From: an uncultured Candidatus Rokubacteria bacterium
GTDB taxonomy: Bacteria; Methylomirabilota; Methylomirabilia; Rokubacteriales; DASRDR01
Length of the DNA stretch: 64,000 bases
Direction of reading: 5' to 3'
Assembly: GCA_963805625.1 (NCBI GenBank)
Contig: CAWDVE010000013.1
Span: forward strand, 320,001 to 384,000
Shown here: one piece after another, positions 28,948 through 37,209 of the stretch
Numbering within the stretch: the first letter of the stretch is position 1
How the letters are laid out: each line of letters starts with the position of its first letter
Notes under the pieces: model-generated
The model's input: only the letters and a program-made list of their open reading frames with translations
What the model was told of the DNA's origin: nothing
Database searches by the model: none
Program-made: the position numbers and the translations under genes

Positions 28948-29369
28948 AGGACGACAGCGGGCGGAACGGCGAGTAGACCCAAGGCGAGACCGAGCACGAG
29001 GACCCCGTCTAGCATGGCGTCCTTCTCCAAGCGGGCACGGAACCGCCTGCCTCACCCTATCGCCGACCCAGCCCCGGACGCCAGACGCCCTCTGAGGCCC
29101 CCAGGCAGACGGAACTCGCCACGTTCATCCAACCGATGCTTTGCACGACCCTGCGCGCCCCGAACCGTCTCGGTGACCCGCGTGCGGCCCTGGAGAACCC
29201 TGGTTGCCGTCCTCCTCGGGGGCTTCGTCCTGAGCGGCTGCGCCCAGCCGGTCGCCATCCCGAGGCCGACCGACGCGCTCCTGCCACCGCCGCCCGCGCC
29301 GCTCATCGAGCGTCGGTGCTGGCGTTCGAAGTCGACGTGCGTATGGGGCGACTCCTTGATCCACTAGGG

Positions 29370-29502
29370 CTAGCCGTCGAGGGTCTCGCCCCAGGATCGC
29401 AACGCGCGCATCCTCATCAGTCAACCGCCGGGCGATTGCCAGACCGATACCGCGCGTGCCGCCGGTGACGAGCGCAATCCGCCCTGAGAAGTTCACATCC
29501 AT
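29370..29502 (-). pseudogene. N-terminal fragment of an SDR
   Basis: MDVNFSGRIALVTGGTRGIGLAIARRL..., after which similarity ends. Confidence 0.8.
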
Positions 29503-29616
29503 TCCTCCCGAGGCGACAAGACCCTTCGCCGCCTTTGACGCCGAAGTCAGCGCGGTTCCGCTGGCTCATAGCGTCGCAGAGGGTTCGCCGTCCGATGCGA
29601 TGCGACATGCAATAGG

Positions 29617-29877
29617 TCACCACACGCGGACCAAGCCCGCAACCCCACGCCGAACGCGCCCGCAAAAGCACGGTTCGGAACGTCAATGATCCCCAGTTAC
29701 TCGCGACCCACCGCAGGGCGCATGCGGTCTCACGTCCGAGGCCGGCCGGCTTCCGGGGGTCATTCGGCGCCACTCCCAGGGCGGAACCGGCCGCCTGTCG
29801 GCCCACAGTCCGGCACGCGCGGCCCGGGCCTCCGCCTCGAGCGCAGCCAGCCGGCCGTCGGTGGAGTATCGCCGGAA
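29617..29877. repeat. About 260-bp direct repeat, copy 2
   Basis: Matches 26730-26987. Confidence 0.92.
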
Positions 29878-30357
29878 CCACCACGCGTAGCCGGCGCGGA
29901 CGAGCTCCTGGTTCAGGCTCCGGCCGTCGGGCAACCGCACCTCCGCCAGCAGGCGGCCGTATCGATCGCGGCCCGCCGCCTCGACGGCGACCACCTGCCC
30001 GAACGCGAGCGCCGCCACGTATTGCTTCGCGCGCTCGCCCCAGGGCTGCCCACGCTCCGGCGCGTCGATGCCCCGGAGCCGGACGACCTCGCCGCGGCCG
30101 GCCCGGAGAACGGTGAGCGTGTCGCCGTCGGCGACGCCGATGACGCGAGCCGTGAACGTTTCCGCCGACGCCGCCCGAGCCGCCCGAGCCGGCAGGATCG
30201 GCGGAGCCGGTGGAATCGGCAGAGTCCGCAGAATCGGCAGATCCGACAGGGTGGGGAGAGTCAGCAGAGTTGGCAGCGTCAGCAGCGGCAGCAGCGCGGC
30301 AAAGGCGAGCGCCCGCGTTCGCGGTCGCGTGCGACGGGCCCAGGCGCGCGAGACGGT
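29683..30357 (-). CDS. Secreted thermonuclease (SNase); no canonical start codon found
   Basis: DGDT, VRLRGIDAPE..QP.G, DRYGRLLA, GLW...PVPPWEWR; preceded by an Arg-rich stretch and an LPT-repeat hydrophobic leader. Confidence 0.8.
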   Translation of the reverse strand, partial: TVSRAWARRTRPRTRALAFAALLPLLTLPTLLTLPTLSDLPILRTLPIPPAPPILPARAARAASAETFTARVIGVADGDTLTVLRAGRGEVVRLRGIDAPERGQPWGERAKQYVAALAFGQVVAVEAAGRDRYGRLLAEVRLPDGRSLNQELVRAGYAWWFRRYSTDGRLAALEAEARAARAGLWADRRPVPPWEWRRMTPGSRPASDVRPHAPCGGSRVTGDH

Positions 30358-30368
30358 CGCCGACTCCC

Positions 30369-31979
30369 CTACCCGCGCGGCACCCGCGGCGGGGCGGTGA
30401 CCTTCCGGTACAGTAGCCGCAGCGCGGCCGTCCCCTCGCTGCCATGGATCACGTGGACCCGCACCGAGAGGACCTGGCCGTCGACGGGGGCGCGCACCTC
30501 GACGAGACGCCGCCCCTCGTCGCCAAGCCGCGCGAGCGTCCGCCGGGCCTGCGCGACGGCGTCGCGAGCGGACAGGAGATCCGTCTCCGTCTTGGCGAGG
30601 CTTCCCGGGGTGGCCAGTCCGGCGCCCACGAGGGCGCGCGCCTGGTCGGCGGCGGTCTCTCGCAGCCGCAGGGTGGCGAGACGCTCGGCCAGCTCGGCGA
30701 TCGCCTGCTGGCGCTGCCGCTCGAGCTCGGGGTCCTTCCAGGCGAGCCGCGCGAGGAGCTGCCCCTGCTGGACGCGGTCCCCTTCCCGGACGAGGAGCTC
30801 CCTCGCTGGGTCCGTGAGGTGGCCGATGAAGAGCTCGGTCACGTCGTCGAACTCGATCGTCGTCGCTGGCGCCACGGGCGCGGCACGCAGGGGCGGGGGC
30901 GCGGGCGCCGCCTCCCCGGGCGCTGCCTCCGCCGGCCGGATCGTCTGGACCAGGACGAGCCCCGACAGGACGAACAGGGTGCCGATCCTCGGGTCCTCCA
31001 GATCGCGCGGGCGGGCGAAGCGAAGCTCCAGCGCGCTGAGGCCGGTCCTGAGCGTCTCGTAGGCCTCGGGGTCGGGCTTGAGCGTCACCGCGTCCGGCGT
31101 CCGCACGACCCCGTGGAGGTACGTCTCGCCATCGGGGGGAATCTCGCGGAGAAGGTCACGGAGCAAGCGCTGGCTCAGGCTGACGGGCCGGGTCACAACG
31201 GTCACCGCCCGCCCCGCCTGGGCGACGATGCCGCTCGGATAGACGTTCGCGCTCTCGTTCGGGCCCACGGTGTGGATCGCGCCCGTCTCGGGGTCGAGGA
31301 CGATCAGCGTGCTCACGTTCTCGATCCCGAGGATCCGGACGCGCCGGTGGAGACGGCGCTGCGAGAGCCGGAAGAGGCCGTCGAGGTCGGCCCACACCTC
31401 ACGCGTCCCTTCCCAGCGGCGGAAGTCGACGATCGCCCCGGGGGTCGTGCGCGTCAGCACGTGGAGCGACCGCGCAAAGCCCATCTGATGGAGGGGCCAG
31501 AGGACAGCCAGCCCGAGGAGGAAGCCGGCGCCGAGGATGGCCTCGCCGCGCGAGCCCTCGGCGGGACGAAGCGCCTCGCGGCCCGGGAAGACCGCGCGCA
31601 CAGGGCTCGGGTAGCACAGCGGGACGCCGGGCGGGTTGGCGGCGTCCACCAGGAGATGGCTCAGGTAGCCGAGCGCGAACGCGAGCGGCCACCGCGGGTC
31701 GAGCCACGCGAGCGGCCAAACGAGCGGCAGGACCGGGAGGGTCGCCAGGGCGAGGCCGAGGAACGAGTGGGTCAGCGTCCGGTGGCCCACCCGGCGCTCG
31801 AGCCAGCCGGCCAGCGGGCGGCAGCAGCGGCCGATCGGCGACGTGGGCGTGTCGATGTCGGGCAGCAGCGCCCCGAGGAGGACGCACGCGGCGACCACGG
31901 GCGTGAGGGTGATACCGAGCACGGTCCCGGTCGCGATCGTGAAGACCAGCCCGAAGGTCGCGTGGGTCGGCGCGCGCAT
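30369..31979 (-). CDS. YdjM-type membrane metal-dependent hydrolase fused to a HlyD/MFP-like lipoyl-hairpin domain
   Basis: TH, LPDIDTP.S, HRTLTHS, SHLLVD; C-terminal LVREGDRVQQGQLLA-coiled coil-EVRAPVDGQV. Confidence 0.8.
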   Translation of the reverse strand: MRAPTHATFGLVFTIATGTVLGITLTPVVAACVLLGALLPDIDTPTSPIGRCCRPLAGWLERRVGHRTLTHSFLGLALATLPVLPLVWPLAWLDPRWPLAFALGYLSHLLVDAANPPGVPLCYPSPVRAVFPGREALRPAEGSRGEAILGAGFLLGLAVLWPLHQMGFARSLHVLTRTTPGAIVDFRRWEGTREVWADLDGLFRLSQRRLHRRVRILGIENVSTLIVLDPETGAIHTVGPNESANVYPSGIVAQAGRAVTVVTRPVSLSQRLLRDLLREIPPDGETYLHGVVRTPDAVTLKPDPEAYETLRTGLSALELRFARPRDLEDPRIGTLFVLSGLVLVQTIRPAEAAPGEAAPAPPPLRAAPVAPATTIEFDDVTELFIGHLTDPARELLVREGDRVQQGQLLARLAWKDPELERQRQQAIAELAERLATLRLRETAADQARALVGAGLATPGSLAKTETDLLSARDAVAQARRTLARLGDEGRRLVEVRAPVDGQVLSVRVHVIHGSEGTAALRLLYRKVTAPPRVPRG

Positions 31980-31985
31980 GGGGCG

Positions 31986-32654
31986 TCAGGGTCCTGCGGC
32001 CGTGAGCCCGACCGCCCGGTAGAGGGCGAGCGCCGCCAGCTCCGCCGACTGCCGGGCCTGGAGGAGCTCGAGCCGCGCCCGGGCGAGCGCGCCCTCGGCC
32101 TGGAGGAGCGGCGCCAGGTCGCCCGTCCCGTGCTCGAACTTGATCCGCTCGAGGAGCTCGAGCTTGACGGCGTGGGCGACCGCGGCCTCGCGGACCTGGA
32201 CCGTCGCGCGCGCGGCGGTCACCTGGTACGCGGCCTGGACCACCTCGGCGACGACCTCCGCCTCGGTCACGGCAAGCGCGCGCTCCGCCTGCGCGAGGCC
32301 GAGCCGGGCGCGCTCGGCGTCCCGGGTGCCCTCGCCGAGGAACTTCGAGAGATCGAGGGCGAGCCCGACGGCCGCGCGGTCCTGGCCGGTGAGGAAGTCG
32401 TAGCCCTGGTGCGCCGTCACGCTCGGGACGAGCCAGGTCCACCACTCGGTCCCCCGGACGTCGAGGCGCGCGAGCGCGACCTTGGCGCGCGCGTCCTGGA
32501 GCCTCGGCGCGTGCTGCCGGGCAAGCGTGAGGAGCGTCTCGATCGGGAGGTCGGCGGGGTCGATAGCCGGCGAGTTGGCCGCCGCCGGTCTGGTTCCGCC
32601 GGCCACCACGACGAGCGTGGCCAGGCACACGAGCCGGAACACGCGGCTACGCAT
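31986..32654 (-). CDS. Short TolC/OEP-family protein (single repeat, ~222 aa)
   Basis: Signal peptide; V..AYQ, FEHG.....LLQAE..L.RA..........L.L.RAVG OEP pattern. Confidence 0.72.
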   Translation of the reverse strand: MRSRVFRLVCLATLVVVAGGTRPAAANSPAIDPADLPIETLLTLARQHAPRLQDARAKVALARLDVRGTEWWTWLVPSVTAHQGYDFLTGQDRAAVGLALDLSKFLGEGTRDAERARLGLAQAERALAVTEAEVVAEVVQAAYQVTAARATVQVREAAVAHAVKLELLERIKFEHGTGDLAPLLQAEGALARARLELLQARQSAELAALALYRAVGLTAAGP

Positions 32655-33528
32655 GGGAGCTCCTCCTCGAGGCGGGTGCCGCGAGCCTCTCAAGCGCCAC
32701 GACGCAGGCCTCGGCGATGATCTGGCGGACGACGGCTGGCGGCGGCCGCCGGAAGGCCGGGAGCGGCTCGACCAGCGGCGCGTAGGAGAGCATCGTGACG
32801 GGCCGGCCGCCGACCCGCCGCGGGGGCCGGATCGCGCGCTCGCGCGCTCTGATGTAAGCGCCCAGGGCCCGGGCGAGCGAGGTGATCGCCTGCCGGGCGT
32901 CGTCGTGGCTGGAGACGTCCGACACGACGACCCGGTCGGCCCGGGTCCGCAGGCCCGCCAGTCGGACGAACGCCCCGCCGTCGGCGAGAACCCGGCCGTC
33001 CCACTCGACCGGGGTCATGAGCCCCGGCAGCGCGGCCGAGGCGCTCACCGCGAGCGCGACCTCGACGTCGGGGGTCGCGTCCGGGCTGAAGCAGAGCGGC
33101 CGGGCGTGGGTGAGGTCGGTCGCCTGGATCGTGCACGGCAGCCGGAGGTCCCGGAACCGGGCGTGGCCGAGCAGGCGGTCCACGGTCTGCCGGTAGGGCG
33201 CGACGCTCCACCATCCGGGCGGCTGTCGGTGGGCGTGACGGCGGAACCAGTTGGCCACGATCCGCCGCTCCGGCCACGTGTAGCGGAGGAAGTCCCGCCG
33301 GCGGAGCGTCGTCCCGAGCCGGGCGATCTCGGCCGCGGAGTAGCCGGCCGCGACCAGCGCGGCGACGAAGGCGCCGATCGAGGAGCCCGAGACCTCGACG
33401 ATTGGGAGCCCGAGGCGCTCGATCGCCTGGAGCGTGCCGACGTGGGCGTAGCCCCGTGCCTCGCCGCCGGAGAACGACACGTGGAGCGTGGGGCCGTTGC
33501 GGCGGGTCACCGCTCTCGTGTTCGTCAC
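32647..33528 (-). CDS. Patatin-like phospholipase (RssA/NTE-like)
   Basis: SGGEARG.AH.G, GSSIG, ASAALPG, LADGG. Confidence 0.88.
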   Translation of the reverse strand: MTNTRAVTRRNGPTLHVSFSGGEARGYAHVGTLQAIERLGLPIVEVSGSSIGAFVAALVAAGYSAAEIARLGTTLRRRDFLRYTWPERRIVANWFRRHAHRQPPGWWSVAPYRQTVDRLLGHARFRDLRLPCTIQATDLTHARPLCFSPDATPDVEVALAVSASAALPGLMTPVEWDGRVLADGGAFVRLAGLRTRADRVVVSDVSSHDDARQAITSLARALGAYIRARERAIRPPRRVGGRPVTMLSYAPLVEPLPAFRRPPPAVVRQIIAEACVVALERLAAPASRRSSHA

Positions 33529-33529
33529 G

Positions 33530-34435
33530 TCAAGACCGCCGCGTGAGGAGGACGCGGACGACGAAGAAGAGCGCGCCGAGCGTCCCCGCCAGGATGTAGA
33601 GGTCCCGGTCGTCGAGCCCGAGGGCAACGAAGCGCGTGGCGACGAGGCCGGCCGCGACCAGGAGCAGGACCGGCGTGAGGTCGAGGTAGCGGAGGCCGGC
33701 GCCGTGCTGGAGCGCGCGGATCGCCTCGAGCGCGACGGGCCCCTCGCCCGCGACCTGGCGGGCCATCTCGACGATCGCGTGGGGGTTACCGGCCGCCTGC
33801 TCGAGGACGGTCGCCTCGAAGAGCGCGACGTCCGGGATCCGGGCGCGATCCACGCTGGTCCACAGGAGCGCCTTCGCCTCGTCGCGCGTGAGCGGCGGGA
33901 GGTCGAGCCGCTCGAACGCCCACCAGAGCTTCTGGAGCCCGGGGCGGCAGTCGCGGGTCGCCCCGAGGACGACGGCGGCGTCCAGGCACGCCTCGAGGAC
34001 CGGCGCCATCGCCGGCGTCGCCGCCTCGAGCTGGTCCAGGATCAGCACCGTCGGACGCGTGCGGAGGCTCGCCACCACGATCGCGGTCAGCTGGCGGACC
34101 GTGACGCGGCCGAGGAGCCGCGCGCACTCGGGCCAGGCCGTGGGGGCGCGGGCGCCGTCCGCGAGGACGAGCTGGCCGCGCGCGTGGAGGCTCTCGCCGA
34201 GCCCGAGGAGGCTGAGGCGAAGCGGCTGGACGTGCGGCACGTAGACGGCCTCCGGGGACTCGGCGGCGACCGCGCGCAGGAGGTGCGTCTTCCCCGCTCC
34301 GATCTTGCCCACGAGGAGCGTGTGGCGCCCGCGCGCGACGTTCGCGAGGAGGCGCGCGCGCTCGGTCTCGCGGCCGATCACAGGCAGCTCAGGCGCGAGA
34401 GGTCCCAGGGCTCGGCATCCTTCGGGCGTGGGCAC
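33530..34435 (-). CDS. AAA/P-loop ATPase with two C-terminal TM helices
   Basis: IGRE.E, Walker A GKIGAGKT, Walker B VLILDQ, GNP; hydrophobic C-terminus. Confidence 0.82.
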   Translation of the reverse strand: MPTPEGCRALGPLAPELPVIGRETERARLLANVARGRHTLLVGKIGAGKTHLLRAVAAESPEAVYVPHVQPLRLSLLGLGESLHARGQLVLADGARAPTAWPECARLLGRVTVRQLTAIVVASLRTRPTVLILDQLEAATPAMAPVLEACLDAAVVLGATRDCRPGLQKLWWAFERLDLPPLTRDEAKALLWTSVDRARIPDVALFEATVLEQAAGNPHAIVEMARQVAGEGPVALEAIRALQHGAGLRYLDLTPVLLLVAAGLVATRFVALGLDDRDLYILAGTLGALFFVVRVLLTRRS

Positions 34436-34599
34436 TGCAACCCGGCGTACGTGAGGGCGTCGAGGCTCGCCCAGCCGAGATGCACGACCAGCTCGTCGGC
34501 GCCGTGGCTCAGCACGAGCCGCGCGCCGCCCGCGGGGTCCTGGGTGAGCGTCGTGATCACGTCGTAGTGCCGCCAGTCGAGAGCGCAGAGCATCGCCAT
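34378..34599 (-). CDS. Small hypothetical protein
   Basis: GGAGG RBS; coupled to neighbours. Confidence 0.55.
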   Translation of the reverse strand: MAMLCALDWRHYDVITTLTQDPAGGARLVLSHGADELVVHLGWASLDALTYAGLQCPRPKDAEPWDLSRLSCL

Positions 34600-34600
34600 G

Positions 34601-34939
34601 TCAGGCCTCCTCAGGTTCGGATGCGGCCGCGGCCCCGTCGGCCGTGGCCTCCCCGTGCATGACCGGGCAGCGCGGACCATCGCCCGCGCGTCGCCGCGGC
34701 CGGGGAACGAGTGGATTCGACGACGCGAGGCTCATCCGGAAGCGTGCGAGCTCGGCACGCTGGACGCCGTTCAGGCTCGCCTCGAGCGCGCGGGCCTCGG
34801 TGCGGAGCGCGTCCACGCGGCGCGCGAGCAGCGTCGCGCGCGCGGTCGCCCGCGTCTCGCGGGTCGCCTGGCGGTCGGCGTGGCCCTCGAGCCGGAGGAT
34901 CCGGCGGACCTTGCGGGAGCGGATCATCGTCGTCGTCAT
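34601..34939 (-). CDS. Small basic coiled-coil hypothetical protein with a CPVMH motif
   Basis: GGAGG RBS; operon position. Confidence 0.55.
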   Translation of the reverse strand: MTTTMIRSRKVRRILRLEGHADRQATRETRATARATLLARRVDALRTEARALEASLNGVQRAELARFRMSLASSNPLVPRPRRRAGDGPRCPVMHGEATADGAAAASEPEEA

Positions 34940-35158
34940 GCGGGATCGCCTCCTCGAGGGAATGGGTGGAGGAATCGGTGGCTTTAAGGGCCAGCTCACC
35001 CTGGGCGCTCGGGGGCTCGATCGGGGCGGCCGCTGCCGCGGGGCGCCCGGCCTCCGCGGAGAGGTCGGCAGAGAGGCGGTCGGCACACCCGCAGCGCCGG
35101 TGCTCGCGGGGCGGAACCGATTCGGCCCGTCGAGCGGCTCGGGCGCGTCGGCGCTGGC

Positions 35159-36061
35159 TCATCGCGACCCTCCGCCGGGCGAGCGGCCGCTCGCGGTTGT
35201 CGCTCGGCTGTCAGGGGTTCCGCCGGGGGCGGCGTGGCGTGCAGCCGTCGCTCGGCCGCGGTCCGGGGTCCCTCCGGCGTCCGCTTCGCGCGCGCTCGCG
35301 CGATCCTTCGCCGGTGGCGCCGGCGGTCGCCACCAGGGCTGGGCGGCGAGGAGTTCTCGGATGGCCACGGGGGTCGCGATCGTCTCGCGCCAGGCCGACC
35401 CGGGGTCGTGGCCGTCGGGGTGGTCTCGCTCTTCCGTCCGGTCCCGTTCTTCCGTCCGGTCCCGTTCTTCCGTCCGGTCTCGTCCTTCCGTCCCGTCCCT
35501 TCCGATCCGGCGGTCTCGTGCGCGTGCGCACTCTCGGTCTCGGTCTCTTTCTCTTCTCGGTCTCAGTCTCCCGAGGGGCGAACCCGGCGATTCTTCGGGT
35601 GTTTCCATGTCGAGTTCCGTCGGGATTGGCGCACGGGGCGTTCGGTCGGGTCCAAGTTCCGTCGCCGACGTCGCGGCAGCCCTCCCGGATCTGGACGGGG
35701 CCAGGACGCCGGCGAAGCGATCGGCGAGGTCCGTGTACCGGCCGTCGACCGTCGGGTACTTGTCGATCGCGAGCTCGATCAGCCGGTGCTGGCTTCGCCG
35801 GCCCCGGTGCCCGGGGTACCAGACATAGCGCTTGCGCCGGAGCGACCGGCAGAGCTGCTCGACGTGCTTGACCGGCAGGCGGGTCTCGATCGCGAGCTGC
35901 GGCCAGCTGGTCCGGATCGCGCCATTCCGGGGGCTCGCCCTGAGACAGAGCCAGACGAACATGGCGAACTCGTTCCACGTCATCCACCGGGACAGGAGGT
36001 GCTCGTCGAGCGAGCGGCGGAGCTTCAGGAAGTGGTTCGCGCCGGCCGGTTGCCTGCTCAT
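35159..36061 (-). CDS. Winged-helix replication-initiator-like protein (phage/plasmid type)
   Basis: F.KLRR...W.....F.WL.L.A N-terminus, HTH-like SW.QLA.ET.L...V...L; low-complexity ERDRD linker. Confidence 0.6.
   Translation of the reverse strand: MSRQPAGANHFLKLRRSLDEHLLSRWMTWNEFAMFVWLCLRASPRNGAIRTSWPQLAIETRLPVKHVEQLCRSLRRKRYVWYPGHRGRRSQHRLIELAIDKYPTVDGRYTDLADRFAGVLAPSRSGRAAATSATELGPDRTPRAPIPTELDMETPEESPGSPLGRLRPRRERDRDRECARARDRRIGRDGTEGRDRTEERDRTEERDRTEERDHPDGHDPGSAWRETIATPVAIRELLAAQPWWRPPAPPAKDRASAREADAGGTPDRGRATAARHAAPGGTPDSRATTASGRSPGGGSR
35430..35504. repeat. 18-bp tandem repeats (TCTTCCGTCCGGTCCCGT, three copies plus degenerate copies)
   Basis: Read directly; encode RDRTEE repeats. 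Confidence 0.9.
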
Positions 36062-36648
36062 GTGAGCCTCAGGGCGTCGCTCGGCCTCAGCACGCCGGGC
36101 GGCAGGTCCGGCTCCGCCGCGAACGTCAGGCACTCGATCCCGTCGACGACGAAGGCGTGCCGGTAGTCGAGGAGCAGATACGGGTACTCGGTGGTCGTCA
36201 CCGCGAGGCCTGTCCGCTGGACGGTCCGCCAGAATATCTCGGGGCTCAGGTGGATCTCGACCCGCCCGGCCGCGTGGGGCCAGATCCCGAGCACGATGTC
36301 GTAGTGCCGCGGGATATCGAGCTTCGCGAGGAGCCGCCGAATGGTCTCGCGCATGGCGGCGGCCGCGGGCCCGATCACGCGCGCCTCCGTCGGAGCGAGA
36401 GGCTCGGGCGGGATCCCCGGTGTCGCGCCGGCTCGCCCGAACCGCGGGTCGCGGAGGACCGCGGCCACGTCCGCATGGCGCGTGAGAATCCACAGGCCGT
36501 GCGGCGTGCGGTGCATCGGGTCCTGCTCGCGCAGCTGGCGGTAGTAGCCGTAGGGATCGGTGAGGCGTGTCGTGCTCAAGGGCCGGAAGAGGTCAAGATC
36601 GATCGCCGGATCGGTCGCCGTCGGGGTCGTCCGCGTGTGTGTCGTCAT
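36058..36648 (-). CDS. Chimeric protein: cytochrome P450 N-terminal segment plus unknown domain
   Basis: DPYGYYRQLREQDP.H....G.W.LTRHADV.AVLRDPRF; no heme-binding Cys motif. Confidence 0.65.
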   Translation of the reverse strand: MTTHTRTTPTATDPAIDLDLFRPLSTTRLTDPYGYYRQLREQDPMHRTPHGLWILTRHADVAAVLRDPRFGRAGATPGIPPEPLAPTEARVIGPAAAAMRETIRRLLAKLDIPRHYDIVLGIWPHAAGRVEIHLSPEIFWRTVQRTGLAVTTTEYPYLLLDYRHAFVVDGIECLTFAAEPDLPPGVLRPSDALRLT

Positions 36649-36800
36649 GGCCGACCGAGGAGGGCAACCCTGGTGCCAGACGGCGTCACGTCATTGCGCG
36701 CGTCCCCGAAGTGCGTGAGCTTTCAGACGAAGACTCGCTGACGCCACGACTCGTGTCAGCGCGCGCCGCGCGTGGAAATCCGCCCCGTGCGCGCTTCGAA

Positions 36801-36871
36801 GCGGATTCGGGGTGGATTCGAGGCGGATTCCGGAGCGGATTCCGGGGGTCGACTCCGGAGCGAGTTCCGGA
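36801..36871. repeat. Six imperfect 11-13-bp direct repeats (GCGGATTCCGGA consensus)
   Basis: Read directly; intergenic, upstream of the - strand operon. Confidence 0.8.
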
Positions 36872-37118
36872 CGGCAATCCGACGCGACCCGCGGGACCGT
36901 CGACGCGCGGCTCCGCCACTCGGGGCGCGCCGTCTCCCTCATCGAGGGCGGCGCTGGTCCCGGAACGGGCCCCGCTCAGCGGCTCATGACCACTCGCGCC
37001 GCGTCAGGTGCCGCCCGGGCTCGCGAAATCCCGCTGCCGTCGCCCGCGATCCAGCTCCCGGCGATGGATATCCCGCGCGTGCTCACGCGCGAGGGTACAC
37101 GACGCGTGCCCCCGCGTC

Positions 37119-37147
37119 TTGACAGCATATGCACGCCGTCATAGCCT
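37119..37147 (+). promoter_or_regulatory. Sigma70-type promoter
   Basis: TTGACA-17 nt-TAGCCT upstream of the DUF4331 gene. Confidence 0.6.
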
Positions 37148-37209
37148 GCGCCAAGTGCTCCCGGCAGAGTCCAGGCTCTGCGAGTATCAGGGAACGGGGA
37201 GGCAACATC

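Noticed and set aside
34611-35162. 183-aa ORF with ATGA coupling and an SD
   Set aside because: The start is plausible, but it overlaps a better-supported gene and has no recognisable features; left uncalled
35430-36871. Repeat arrays as CRISPR
   Set aside because: The repeats are short and tandem, with no unique spacers and no cas genes
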